From Vicugna vicugna (Eukaryota): a stretch of DNA of 64,000 bases. The DNA lies in assembly GCA_013265495.1 (NCBI GenBank), contig MU058687.1:4834093-4898092 (forward strand). The letters are read 5' to 3'. How positions within the stretch are numbered: the stretch's first letter is position 1; every line of letters starts with the position of its first letter. The position numbers were made by a program, and so were the translations under genes. This document shows, one piece after another, positions 1 to 12,087 of this stretch. The notes below the pieces were generated by a model that worked only from the letters and a program-made list of their open reading frames with translations, did no database searches and was not told where the DNA came from.

Positions 1-180
1 GCTGACCTATGGTGTCCTATTGCTGATTTGTTGCTGAACATTTCTCCTGGTGACCCTTGACTTCGGTTTCTTGAATGTTATGATGATGTCATTTGGGTCA
101 CAAATGGTTGTAAATCTGATATCCTCCTTGTGAATTACACCTGTTAGCATTTTAAAATGTGCTGTCTTTTGTCAATTAAT

Positions 181-328
181 GTTTTTTAAACCTTCTCTTT
201 TTAAAACATTTTGGGTGGGTAGGTAATTAGGTTTATTTATCTATTTACTTAGTGGAGGTACTGGGGATTGAACACAGGACCGCGTGCATGCTAAGCATGT
301 GCTCTACGACTAAGCTATACCCTCCCCC
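181..328 (-). mobile_element. tRNA-Ala-derived SINE (camelid Vic-1-like)
   Basis: Reverse complement reads GGGGAGGGTATAGCTTAGTCGTAGAGCACATGCTTAGCATGCACGCGGTCCTGTGTTCAATCCCCAGTACCTCC followed by the AATAAACCTAATTACC tail. A and B boxes are present. Target-site duplication (TSD) tcaattaat at 172-180 and 330-338. Confidence 0.9.
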
Positions 329-478
329 ATCAATTAATTTGTTCTTTTAACCTGAATACCATTCTCTGATTTTCAGATCCCTGTCACTGATTTCTTTTTG
401 TTTGCATTCTCCTGGCATATCTTGATCTATCCTTTTGTCTTCAATGTTTTAAATTAGTTGCTTTCAAAAGCCAACCTT

Positions 479-629
479 GGGGGATGGTATAGCTCAAGTG
501 GTAGAGTGCTTGCTTAGCACGCATGAGGTCCTGGGTTCAATCCCTAGTACCTCCTCTAAAAATAAATAAACCTAATTATCTCTCCCCCGACCAAAGTAAA
601 ATAATTGAATAATACAATAATAAATAAAT
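479..629 (+). mobile_element. tRNA-Ala-derived SINE (camelid Vic-1-like)
   Basis: GGGGATGGTATAGCTCAAGTGGTAGAG...GGTTCAATCCCTAGTACCTCC head, aataaataaacctaatta tail and A-rich end. TSD aaaagccaaccttg (466-479) vs aaaagccagtccttg (630-644). Confidence 0.92.
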
Positions 630-831
630 AAAAGCCAGTCCTTGTTCACAGCATAGAGTTGGTGCTGCTTTGTGAGCCAACATGAAAATCATTATTTTTT
701 GATAGGTAAATTAAGCAAATTTACATCTAATAATGTGACAGATATATTTAGTCCTGGTATTCTCATATTATTTCTTTCTTTGTTCTTATAGATTTGTTTG
801 CTTGCTTGTTTGTTTCAGATGTGGTCTGTTT

Positions 832-854
832 TGTGTGTGTGTGTGTGTGTGTGT
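832..854. repeat. (TG)n microsatellite
   Basis: Directly visible dinucleotide run. Confidence 0.95.
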
Positions 855-1599
855 ATTTGCTATTTAAAGGTGTTTGTATTTTCTCCCTGGTTGTCATTTT
901 TACGACTATAGAATTTTATAAAATTTTTAGTGCTCTGTATTTTTAAAGTAGAGCTTCTCATCCACTGTACCGTAGTTCAGGGCAGTTGGAAAGCCTCTGG
1001 CCATGAATATTCTTGTCTGCTTACCTCAGTTCCTGCAAGTATATACTTTTCTCTTAGAACCATCATTTGAAAAACACTGGGAAACATCACTTTGAGGAAT
1101 ATGTATTAGGTCTGTACTAGGAGTGATGAATCATAATCTTTCTTAGTGTTTAATACAGAAAATGTGCGTGTATTTCCATTAATTGAGTTGACATCTTTCT
1201 ATGCTATGCTTTGACTCCTGGCAATCAGAGAATTTGCCCCATGTCCTATTTTCTTCCTCCTCCCAACTGGCTTAGTTGCATTGTTTCTGTATTGTCAGGG
1301 CACATTTCTGGTTCGTCACATATCCGCATTAGGTGAGATATGGTCCTTCCTCTCCAAGGACTGTAATCTGTGCTCACCTCCTGTCTCTGTCATAGCTTCT
1401 CCAGTCATGTCTTGGTTGACTGAAGTTGTTCCTGATATTTTCCTCAATATCCCCAGTGTTCTTGCGTGTTAAATACTGTTTGTCCATAGACTTTATACTT
1501 GAGTGTAATTTGGCTGGATTATGCTTTCTTTTCCTTGTGAAGATCTTTCTGAAAACTGACGAGTAAAATCCTGGTGAGTCAGAGTAGCTGTCCTTGAAG

Positions 1600-1915
1600 A
1601 GGCATTGTTTATGTTCAACCTTTACTAAATGATTGTTGGGAAAATCGAGGCAGAGAAAATGGTTCTGGGCAGAAGCAATAAACGTGTAAAAGAGTATGGG
1701 GCTTCTATGGAAGAGGCAGTTGCTCATTATTGCTGCAATGTAGAGGCAAAGAAGTAGAGCTGTCTAAGTTGACACTGGGGACCTAGGAGAAGCTAGATCA
1801 TAAAGGGCTTGCTATCCCAAGGAGTCTGGACTTTTTACAGCAGAATAAAGGAAATCCACTAAATGCTGTGAAGCAGGAGAGAAACATAGGGTTAGAATCG
1901 ATCATTTTAAAGGAG
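1600..1915 (-). mobile_element. L2 fragment
   Basis: Purine-rich antisense L2 motifs: 'ggttctgggcagaagcaataaacgtgtaaaag', 'tagatcataaagggctt...ggagtctggacttttt...gaaatccactaaatgctgtgaagcaggagagaaacat'. Confidence 0.7.
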
Positions 1916-3309
1916 GGATGTAGATGAGTCAAGGAGCCTTCCCTTCCCTGCAGCCTGTGAGTCCCAGCCTGTGCTCCCATCATGCAGACCCAGAAATTCC
2001 GTCTTTCACCGACTAGTCGTATTGGTGGCTTCCCCCAGTGCTCCTGCCAGCCTCACTAGCAGCCTATAACTGTTGTATGTGAAAGTAAATAAGTCTACAT
2101 GATAATGATGGCGTGTCTCTCACACGAGGGCTGTATCTCTAACTACCCTCCTATAGCAGGAAGTAGCAAGAATGAAGGATATTTGAGTCAACGCTTTTAA
2201 AGATAAAAGGATAGTGGCTCTTCTGGAGAAGAAAAAAAGGTTTTACAGTTCTTGAGTATATATTCCTGTATCTCTGTCACCTGTGAACTCTCTTTCCTTC
2301 AAGGCTGTCATGGAAACCTTCACAAATCTCGCTGATACGCACTGTAGTTCTGAAACATCTTCTTCCCCAGATGCTCCATGGGGAGCTTTCTGTTGTCTCA
2401 CTAGTTTTCAGGCGACTTCTTGGAGACCTGCAAAACTTCACTCGCGCTGAAGCTGCCAGGGTTTGGTAGTTTCAGCTAGAGCACGATTCTTTATCGAGCG
2501 TTATTTTAAAATGACCCTGTCAAATGCACTTGTTGCTCTTTTACCTTCAGTCAACTGTATGCTAAGTGTGTTGTCTTCACAGGCAGATTTGCATTGTATC
2601 ATGGAAAACAGTGACTATCAGACAACCAGGTCTATTTTCAGTTCTTGCTTGCTTGTTTCCTTGCCCAGTTGCTTGCTTTCTTTTCTATCTGAATAGCATT
2701 ATCGGCCACTTCTGATGGAAGCTGGATTGTAGGATCTCCATTAGACGCTGGAGATGGAAAACAAAACCATGTTCACAGTGAGAACTTGCCGGACCCACTT
2801 TGGCTAAGCTCTTCAGTTAAGGAATTTTTGCTGGTCTCTTCCATTTTCCTAGTGCAATTTCAGGTACCCACATGGCCTTCATCCCCTCAGGACAACTGTT
2901 CTCCGTGAGTACAAAATAAAAAAAAATACATTGCAGACTAATAGTAAAGGATTTCTTCATTCTTGTGTTGAGAGCTGTTACCTAAAGGAGCAAGGCTTTA
3001 ATAGGGTCTCAGCTTGACTCTTACCATGTTTGCACACAAAATAGATAAGGCAGGCTTTGTTTTGAAAGATATTAATTGATTTTGTCCACCATGCTGTCTA
3101 ACAAGTCAATTCCCTGAAAACGTAGTGACGGAGGGAAAAAAACAAAATCTCTTCCAATTACTGTATAAGTAAAATTCCTCCCTTCCACTTCCATTAAAGG
3201 AAAAACGGTGCTCACTGCTTAGGACTTCGGGGATTGGCAGCTCATGCTACACACGCATAGCTCTGCCATTAGTTGGCATTTTGGGGATTTCTTTGTTGTT
3301 GCCAAAATG

Positions 3310-3348
3310 AAAAAAAAAGAGAGAGAGAGAGAGAGACAGAGAGACAGA
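3310..3348. repeat. A-run plus (GA)n microsatellite
   Basis: Directly visible. Confidence 0.9.
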
Positions 3349-5409
3349 TTACAGAAACGTCAGAATTCAAAGCACTAGCATAGGGTAAATTATTTTAGCC
3401 TGACTTAGGTGATGAAGGGAATAGGCAGAGTTGGGATTTGGGGGCTAAGGGGGGGCTGGGTACATTTGCAAATCACAGGGATCTATTTTAGACCCGCACC
3501 AGGTGAACAGCTAGATCACAGTGTCATTTCCCGGGCTCTGGAATCGCACTACCCCTTTCTTGCATCTTTTTGTGACGTGGAGGACGCTTCCACCATATGG
3601 TGCTCTTCTTTGAACTCAAGGGCTGCAGTCACATCTGTGTTCCCTCAAGTTTTAAGGGGGCCGGTTGCTATAGGAGCTTCTGTTTCTTCTGGCTTTGCTG
3701 CTACTGGGACTGGATGGAAGCCTGCACTGCTTAGCTGCATATCTAAGGAACTGGTAACGAGAATGTCCTTGACAAAACTACCTTGCAGAGAGTTCAGCTC
3801 TTGCTGTGTTGCCTAAGGCGCTCAGCAAACAAAGGGCAAGATCTAAGAGGGGTAACAGGGTATGATAGTTCCAGTGGCACTTGGCACTGGACACCCTCTG
3901 TGTTTGCAATGGGAGAAGGAACTGGAGGGCAGGGAGTCAGCTTCATCTCAGTTGTCTTTTCTCCTAAATTTCTAGGAGAAGGTGTAATGTGGGAGTCCTT
4001 TCCTCCAGTAGGATACAGCCGTTGCCTCCTGCAGATACTTCTTGGGCTAATAACCAGAGGTCAGGCTGGAAAACTACGTGACGCTCAACGTAGAAGGCAA
4101 ATATCTTGAGGCATAAAAGCTCCGTTTGACACTTTCCTCGTGTATTTCCCCAGTACCTAAAACAGTTCTGGACAATGAATAAGCTCATTGATGATAAGGG
4201 AATCGAAGATCACGTTTATGATTATAACCAAGAAAAAATAATTCTGATGAGAAGATTGTTAAAATAGGTCCCACGATAAACGAGCCTTCTGGGTATCACC
4301 CTGAGGATTTCCAGGAGATTTTTTTTTCAAGGCCATCTAACAAATGTTTTCTTTCTTTATATATGAATTAAATTATTGGTACTGTTCTTGTTTAAGACGT
4401 AAGAAGTGCCACTTCTTATTCTGTACCTGCATGGAGGGGTCCAGATCTCCAGCCTACGATCAGAGACTTGCAGGACGACCACGTTATTAAATGAGCCTTG
4501 TTTCATTCTTCCTGAAACCGAACACTCAAGAAACACTTTCCCCCCGTAGCTGCAAGCCTATTAATGTTGGCAGCTGTAAAATAAATGCAGCCACAACCAT
4601 CTCCTACAAATGAATCAGTCAGCTCAGACTGAAATATACCCTGTCCTTACCACTGCAGGGCCCTCCCAGGTCAGGTTTTAAGTGTTCTGGTTGCAGTGCA
4701 TGAAGCTCTTTTTCCTTTTAGTGTTGTGCTTGATTTGCAAAGTGGGGAGGAGGAGGAGTGTTGACTGCTAGATTCCCATCATTAACGTTAAGTTTTATTG
4801 CCTGATAACTCTTTTATGCACCTTATAAATGTTTTAAGTCAGTGTAATGCTGGGAAAGGTATCAGGTTGACAGATGGAAGATCCTGTATTCTTCTCATCT
4901 TGGGCAGGCTTAGGAGGAGATTTCTACCTTTCCAATTGAGCAGGTGGCTCAAAAGGAAGTTCTGGATGATGCAAAGTTGGAAAAGGAAAAAAGAAAAAGT
5001 TGGAAAAGGAGTTAAATTAGACATATTATGAATGAGTTGGAAAGGGGCAGAGGGTCTGGACACTGTGAGCAAGGAAATGATAATGAAGAAAATAACTTGT
5101 GGAAGTTTTTCTGGCCTAAGCTGGAGTCACATCTCTGAAGTTGCAAGTTACTTTTGCTTCATACAAAAAAGACAAAGGGTCTTTACTGGGAGAAAAAAAA
5201 AAACAAACCAATTAGAAGGCCTATTGTTCTAGAAGGTCTATTAATCCAGTTCATGATGAAAAAAAAGTTGAATTCATCGAGCTGTGTATTTTTTGTCCAA
5301 TTAGCACTGATCTCCTCTAGCCCTGAGAAGTTTGCTTCTGATCATGTGTTCATTAGAAATGTTGAAGGGGTTGTCATTTCAATGGCGAATTTACTTACTC
5401 CTCCAATTC

Positions 5410-5625
5410 GACCAATACTAGATGTTCATAAAATATGGAACAAAAAGTAAAGCAAGTTATAAAAGATCCTATTTAGTAATGTCTCTGTATGAATGTGTCT
5501 GAATTGAAAAAATCCTAAGAGGTTGTGTATGTTCCAGTGCGAACAGTGAGTGGTGGGATTACAGGTGACTTTGATTCCCTGGTATTTCCTGACATTTGTG
5601 CAGTGAGTGTGTAGTGCTCAAAATG
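5410..5625 (+). mobile_element. Old L1 (L1ME-type) 3' end fragment
   Basis: 'aacagtgagtggtgggattacaggtgactttgatt...gtatttcctgacatttgtgcagtgagtgtgtag' resembles an L1ME 3' terminus. Confidence 0.45.
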
Positions 5626-5784
5626 TTTAGGAAGTCTAGGAAAATGAAATTGCCAACCAGAGGGTCAATGTATATTATAGACAGGCTTTCTTAAACATGA
5701 TGTACCTTTGTGTGGTGGAAAGGCTGAAAGACCTTTTTCCTTCTTCAGTTTAAGATGTGATACAATGAAAAAAATAAAAGTATA

Positions 5785-5945
5785 GTTTGGTATTACCGGC
5801 TCTGGGTTTAAATTTCAGCTTCACTTTTCATTAACTAACACATCCTGACAATAGACAAATTGTTTAATGTATAGTGAGCCTCAGCTTTCTCTTCTGAAAG
5901 TTGAGAATAAGCATACACGTGTTAAATGGCTAGCACAACGCATTC
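5785..5945 (+). mobile_element. MIR SINE fragment
   Basis: 'ctgggtttaaatttcagcttcac...gacaaattgtttaat...tgagcctcagctttctcttctgaaagttgagaataa' matches the MIR B-box and core. Confidence 0.7.
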
Positions 5946-6206
5946 ATCAGAGGATTATGCCCACTATGTGAGAAAGGGGAAAATAAGGCAAATTCATGTA
6001 GTTGATAGAATATTAAAGCACCCATCCCACCAGAAAGAGCAATTTTCCAAGTAAAAATAAACCTGAAAGCTCAAAAAACTCTAAAAAATATATAAATTCA
6101 ATTAGAGTCCACTAGAAAAATAAGGCTCTCCCTCCGAAATGTTAATTCCTAAATATTTGTAGCACACCAAGCAGAATGATGCATGAAGAGATATTTTGGA
6201 CAGAGA

Positions 6207-6207
<1 letters not shown>

Positions 6208-6245
<38 letters not shown>

Positions 6246-6266
6246 TGAGAGAGAGAGAGAGAGAGA
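6208..6266. repeat. Compound (TG)n-(GA)n microsatellite
   Basis: About 17 TG units followed by about 10 GA units. Confidence 0.95.
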
Positions 6267-6849
6267 TTACATCCCATTTGATTCTTTAGGCAAATCAAAT
6301 AAAAATGAAGCTAATTTGCCAGTTTGCAGAATCACACTAAACAAAGTTGAAAACTACCAACCGATACTGATTCTCATAGTTTGAACAAACAGATCTTCGA
6401 GTAATTATTGGTTTGGTTTCAGATTACCTGCATTCAATTCATAGCATTTCATTTTGCTTTGAAATTGCATCTTCATCATTTGTTTCAATAAATTCAGGAT
6501 GCGGGGAGGAGGAGGAAATGTTTTAAAGTACTTTGACTATACTTAAAAAGTAGCCCACTTACACGGTCCCTCAGTTAGTTTCATTAGCATTTCTAACTAT
6601 AAACAGGGATAGTTGCATGTCCCCAAACTCACAAATACTTGCCCAGGTCCCCCCTGTAGTCTTTTGCCCAGAGAACGTTAGTCCAGTTATCGGGAGGCTG
6701 GTGTCGAAGAAGCAGCAGCCTTCACATAGTCAAATTATAAATGAGGGTTTAGATCAAAAACAAACAAACAAACAAACAATTTTGTATGAAAGAATAGATG
6801 GGGTTGTTTTATTGGAGTTGCAGTTTTAAAATGTTTAATGATCTATTCT

Positions 6850-7010
6850 GGGATGCGTACGTGTGCGTGTGGGTAGGTGCGCACGCGTGAATAAACACGC
6901 AGCGACCAGTGAAAGGACGCTTCCTCGTTCCGTTCCCGTAACTGCTGGGCGGAGCCTGGGAAGGACGCGTTCCTTTTGTACCTTCTCCACGTGGCCGTCC
7001 TCTCTCTGCT
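6850..7010. promoter_or_regulatory. CpG-dense candidate regulatory element (NRF1-like motif, GC box, E-box)
   Basis: 17 CpGs counted in about 150 bp against a CpG-depleted background. TGCGCACGCG 6878-6887, GGGCGGAGC 6947-6955, CACGTG 6988-6993. Confidence 0.4.
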
Positions 7011-7052
7011 TGTTTTCTCTGTTCTCCGTATTTGGATTTGAAGAAAAATAAA

Positions 7053-7135
7053 TGCCTTCCTCCCTCCCTCCCTTCTTTCCTCCTTCTCTTTCTTCCTCCC
7101 ATTCTTTTTTTCTTTCTTCCTACTTTTTTTTTTTT
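7053..7135. repeat. Polypyrimidine low-complexity tract
   Basis: CCTT/CCCT/T-rich run, almost purine-free. Confidence 0.85.
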
Positions 7136-9629
7136 GAATGGACCGTCAACATTTTGGCTGTGACTGAAGAAAAGAAATAAAGCAGGCGGAACTAATATGA
7201 AACCAAGAAAGGAAAACAGGATTGCCACGTCTTCTTGTCTACAGTCAGCAGTTTCTGCCAGTGAACAAAATCGCTTTGTACTGGTGCTCGTATTTAGAAG
7301 GGAAAATGGGACTTATAGGTATCGCACTATTATCAGACCATCTGTTGTGCTCCTTTCCTCTCGGAATTGATGGGAAATATACAAATAACATAAACCAAAA
7401 CCGACCCTCTAAAATGAGTGGCCCGTAGATTTGGTCTGTTTATCTCACAGAAACATGAAGAAGTATCTGCATTAAAGTCTTCTATCTCTGGGCCTCATTT
7501 CCTCTTATCTCCCAGTAGAAATGGTGCACTGTCCTAACATTTGCAACTGAGAGCAGAGATAGATAAGAATTCAACCCTCCAGTCCCATTTATTGCAATTG
7601 TATTTAAATACACGGCTTAATTAGCTGTACTCAGCCTCCTTCCCAATCCTCTTTGAAGTGGTGAAGTCCCATTGCATCTGGTTCAGCTAATTTTATGCTC
7701 GTAGCCTAATTTTTGAGTTCTCTAGAAGCCAAGGGTACAAGTGCCCCATGTGATCTCTAAGTCCAGATCCTTGACTCAAAGGGGCGTTTTGTTCAGAGGA
7801 GGACACAGAGTTAGTTGTCTTGGGTTTGAGCTTCAGTTATAGCGTTCCATCATCTTTCACCAAACTCACCTTGCAAAATGAACTTGTCAGTTTAACAAAG
7901 GAAGGTGAGGACATGGAGAAATAATGTACATGCTCATAGCAAAGCAACATGTCACAATATCCAGGTAGGGAGAAGGGGGGAAGGAGTGGGAGTGTGAGAT
8001 TTTTTGGAGTATGCTAATTTTATGACGTTTGCTTATGGGAAAAACCAAATATTGATGACATTTTCCAGAAAAGGCTACACCGAGATTTAATAAACACCAG
8101 TTAGTTCAGAGAAAAAGCAGTGTGGATGCAGGAGCAAGAAAATGATAGGGCTGTGTATATCTAGGGCGTGACCTTCAGTGTGATCAAAATACCCACCAAA
8201 GATGTGAGGTGGGCTCAGACCATGATATCTAGTCAAATACTTTTTGTGAGCATAAGTAACTAGATATATTCATTCTATAATATTTTGTACTTGTCGGTCC
8301 CCTGTGGAGTCCCTGTTGTCTTGAGATGAGATCTCTAAGAGAAACAGAAGTTACTAAGGTATCAGACAGTCACATGTGATCTAACACTTGAGAGTCTGTT
8401 GGGCCAGTGGGGCAGAAATTGTGCTCATCAGTTATCCATGTTCCTCCACCTTCCTGGGCCTCCAGTGATGTAAGATTTGAAGCAGATTCTCATCAGAGGA
8501 GTATGATCTGGATTCCAGTGTGTCACTTACAGGCTGTAATTTCGAGTCATCTCCATTTTTCCTCCCTCTCTTTCTTCCCTTGTCCCTTCTTGGTTGAGCT
8601 TTAGAGATCTTGTGTCCTGAAGAGTCTTGCATAAGTTGGAGGCAGGCCACCGACCGGAATTAGCATTTACAGGAGCAAGAAATAAATATGTGTGTGCACG
8701 TGTGTGTATGCTGTGCATGCTCAACTACAGATATTTAATTTGTTCCTGCAGCGTACCACAGCCTATCCTGACTATTGCAACAAGTTAGGAAGTTCTTTAA
8801 CTGATATTGAAACTTGATCATGTAAATAAACACAATTATAATATTTAGAAACTGTAAGTTATAAAATAACTTTGCTAGTCTGAGACAAAAATGAGAAATA
8901 CTGAAGTTCTTCTCTTTCTCATGGCTCTGTATTTCATGCTTGTATTTCTTGAAAGTCTCTAAAACCAGAAATTCCCAGCCGGTTCATGTCCCAGCATGGG
9001 ACACAGCGTGCTGAGATGTCAGTCCCCTCAATCTACAGTGGTTTGCTGAGGTAGGAGCATCACCTGCTTACCCCGGGGTGCTGTATGAACATTGTCATGT
9101 TCTGTGTGTGTTGTGATGTGAAGAAGGAAGAAATGCACTGTGCGTCTAAGGGATCAGGGTGCACCCATATGACTACCCCTGTATTCCAGGTCTTTTTTCA
9201 TTATACCCATTTCTCTACTCTCCCCCAGATCTTCTCCAAAGTGTGTTTTCACCAAAGTTTGAGAAGTAATTGTTGAAACAATCGGCAAGCTTAACAAATA
9301 AATACTGCTTGAGTTAATAAATAAATGTACATTTGAGGCACTTCTGGACACCGCCATATGTCTTGTCCGGGGGACAGATCTATGGTAGCAACCCTCAGAG
9401 TCTTCCTTGTCAGGAACCACCTATTCTATTCCTGAATTTTTATCATTGAAAGAGAAGACCTGAAACTGAAAACTGAAGTACGGATTGTGTCTGTTAGGTT
9501 AGCCCGATCTTTGTTCATCACAGGAACTAGATTATCATAATCCCTTAAATTTATCAAGGTTTTAGTATATGCCATGCCTGACTCTATACGTTCTCGTTTA
9601 TTATTTCTCATAAAACCCAAATAAGCTAG

Positions 9630-9790
9630 AAATTGTTCTCAATCCCTCTTTTGCAGCTGAAAACACTGAGAAACAGAGAACTTAGGGAGCTCACTCATGA
9701 TTGCACAGCACTCCCTAGGAAGAGGGAGAGCTCATACCAAAGCAAGTAGTCCAACGCCAGGCTCTTGAAAAGTGTGCTCTGCTGACGCCT
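9630..9790 (-). mobile_element. MIR fragment
   Basis: 'tccctcttttgcagctgaaaacactgagaaacagagaacttagggagctcactcatgattgcacagc' is an antisense MIR core. Confidence 0.65.
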
Positions 9791-10753
9791 CTTAACAGAT
9801 TGATAGTGAAATTCTCTGCTTGGTATGTTTGTTACATTAGGTGCAAACTGCCATCCTCTATCCTAGTGCCAAAGGTCACTTCCAAAGGAGACAGCTTCCG
9901 ACTACCAACAATTATTTAGCAGAGGTGTGATGAGTCCTAAGAGCTCACCTTAGTTCAACTCAGATCTCCTGTTTGATAGTGAAAGTTACACTGTTATCCA
10001 CTGAAGCAGATTGTCTACTGCATCACTACCTCTGCGTCAGGCAGCTCCGTATTCGTGGAAGAGTTCTTTGCCATCTGAAAAACGATAAAAGTCCTCCCAG
10101 CACATCCTGTGTCCTTTCTAAAATAATTTGGCCTGTTGGTCGTCTTTGGTTCAGAGCCTGTAAACTTCCTCACCCCCTCAATCACTTGTTGCACACCAAT
10201 AATAATTACAGTTATTAATAGTTAAATAAGGTATCCATTCTATGAATAACTGATAATGACCACACGTGTTATAAGTGGCAAAAGAGCGGATAGATCATCA
10301 AAGTCTGTTCTAATTAGCCAGAGTTGGGGAAGCAGCTCAAGTAAACCTGCTCTGCTTACTTAATGCTTCATAGTAATTAACAGTAATTGATAGCAACTTG
10401 TAGCAATTAAGATCTAATACATGTACTTCATTTGCAAATGTCCTCCTTACCTTGAATACAACTTTTTTTTTCCCTAATGGAAAAGTCTAGGATTGGGGAC
10501 TTGGGTTCTTCTCATCTTTTTCTGTCTTCTACTGAGGAAATTGTAAAGGATCATGCAACATGCCATGTTGCTGCTGGAAGAGGCTTGGAGATCATTCTAG
10601 TAGGCCTGCATCATACTGTAGATGAAAACTTTGAAGCTTAGGGAAGTCACCATTCAGGCCATTGGCATTGAATGTCTGTTGGCATACGTGGGTCAGCTGC
10701 TTGGTTTGTGGACAGGGCTGGGGCATGATCTGGTACAGAATATGGTGAGTGCC

Positions 10754-10777
10754 TGTGTGTGTGTGTGTGTGTGTGTG
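10754..10777. repeat. (TG)n microsatellite
   Basis: Directly visible. Confidence 0.95.
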
Positions 10778-11145
10778 AAATGACCTTTGGCTGCTTCGTT
10801 ATAAGAGGCCTTGGATGCAAGGGCTCTAAGATTGATACTCATGTCAAATTAATAAATTAAGAGGGGTTTTGTGTCTAAAATGCCCCACACTTTGTGTTAT
10901 AGAGTCTCCTCTCTATGAGATGCTTGTACCTATAGAACAAATAAATGAGCATTCAGGCCTAGCTCCTCTAAACTCTGTTTGAACTCTCTGAATGACACAG
11001 AGCTCAGAACTTTGCATGGCCTTTTATGTTAGCTCTGTAAAATGAAACTCTCCTAGGGAAACCTGTGTGACTTCTGTTCGGAGTTCAAAAACACAGATTT
11101 ATGGGAGAGTCCCAAATCAATCAAAAACATGGCAAATTTTTTTTT

Positions 11146-11147
<2 letters not shown>

Positions 11148-11176
<29 letters not shown>
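11148..11176. repeat. (CA)n microsatellite
   Basis: Directly visible. Confidence 0.95.
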
Positions 11177-11177
<1 letters not shown>

Positions 11178-12087
11178 GAAAAGAGAAAGCTTTGAAAAGA
11201 CCCTGCCTGCCAAGAGTGGCTTGTTAGCAGTTGAAAGCACTGAGATATAAGTGTGTAATGGAAATGTGGCAATGATCATTTGGGCAAAAATACAATTTGC
11301 ATGAGAATGAATCAGGAAATGTCCCAGAACACTAGAAAAATGACAAATCTGGAATCCTGTAGGGCACGTTCATGTTGCTGAATATACACCAACCACACCA
11401 TCAATCTTCCTGTGATCAGACACCATGGGTCTTTTTCTAGACATTGATATTAGAAATGTACTATGACAGGTAATCCTGTATGTAAAGGAAGAAGATATAT
11501 AGCTGTAAAAACTGTCCAAACTATCTCCTAGAGTTGTTTTTGAGGTTTGTTTTATTCCTTCATTCCTCGATCTGAAATCCATTAAAGCGAAGAATGCCCC
11601 TTACATCCTACTCTGCTGTACCCTGGAGGAACACCTGAGAAAGTTAATAATAAACCCTTGAGATTAAGGCAAGTGGAGAGGAAAGAATTATGAAATAAAA
11701 CAAAGCAAAGAAATCGTGTAAACAAATTAATTGTCTGGAAGTGAAAAGCACGTTTGTAATTTTGCCCTTGTCGAGGGAAAATTGGAGTTCATTATGCTCA
11801 CTGACTGATTTAAAAGCTCCTTCCTGCACAGCCTCGGCGAGAGAGTGAATGTGTTGAAGTGAAGCATGGATCGGTTGCAGCGTCAATTAAAATGGAAATT
11901 CATTACTGAAACCTCCAGAGTAAAAGGTTGGGGCTTGCTGCTTTGAGCATGGAGAGAAGCTTTTCTTCCCCTATTCCCTTTTTTTTTTTTTTCTCTCTTC
12001 TTCCAGATTGATTTCGGGGACTTCTATTTTGGATTTCCAGTAGTAGTTATTATGCCTTTTCGTTGCAAATTGTGTTGTCACCTGTCG

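Larger units (their letters stand above)
1..950 (-). mobile_element. Ancient L1 (L1M/L1ME-type) fragment, interrupted by two SINEs
   Basis: T-rich degenerate sequence resembling antisense old L1 ORF2, e.g. 'cagcatagagttggtgctgctttgtgagccaacatgaaaatc...ataggtaaattaagcaaatttacatctaataatgtgacagatatatttagtc' (649-752). Boundaries are approximate. Confidence 0.55.

Noticed and set aside
4724..4734. Partial match to the start of miR-218 (ttgtgcttgat)
   Set aside because: The match stops after 11 nt and I see no precursor hairpin.
11960..12006. Strong plus-strand acceptor-like tracts (also AG at 38220-38221 and 62361-62362)
   Set aside because: I found no convincing downstream donor with an open frame. 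Poly-T tracts followed by AG are common in introns.
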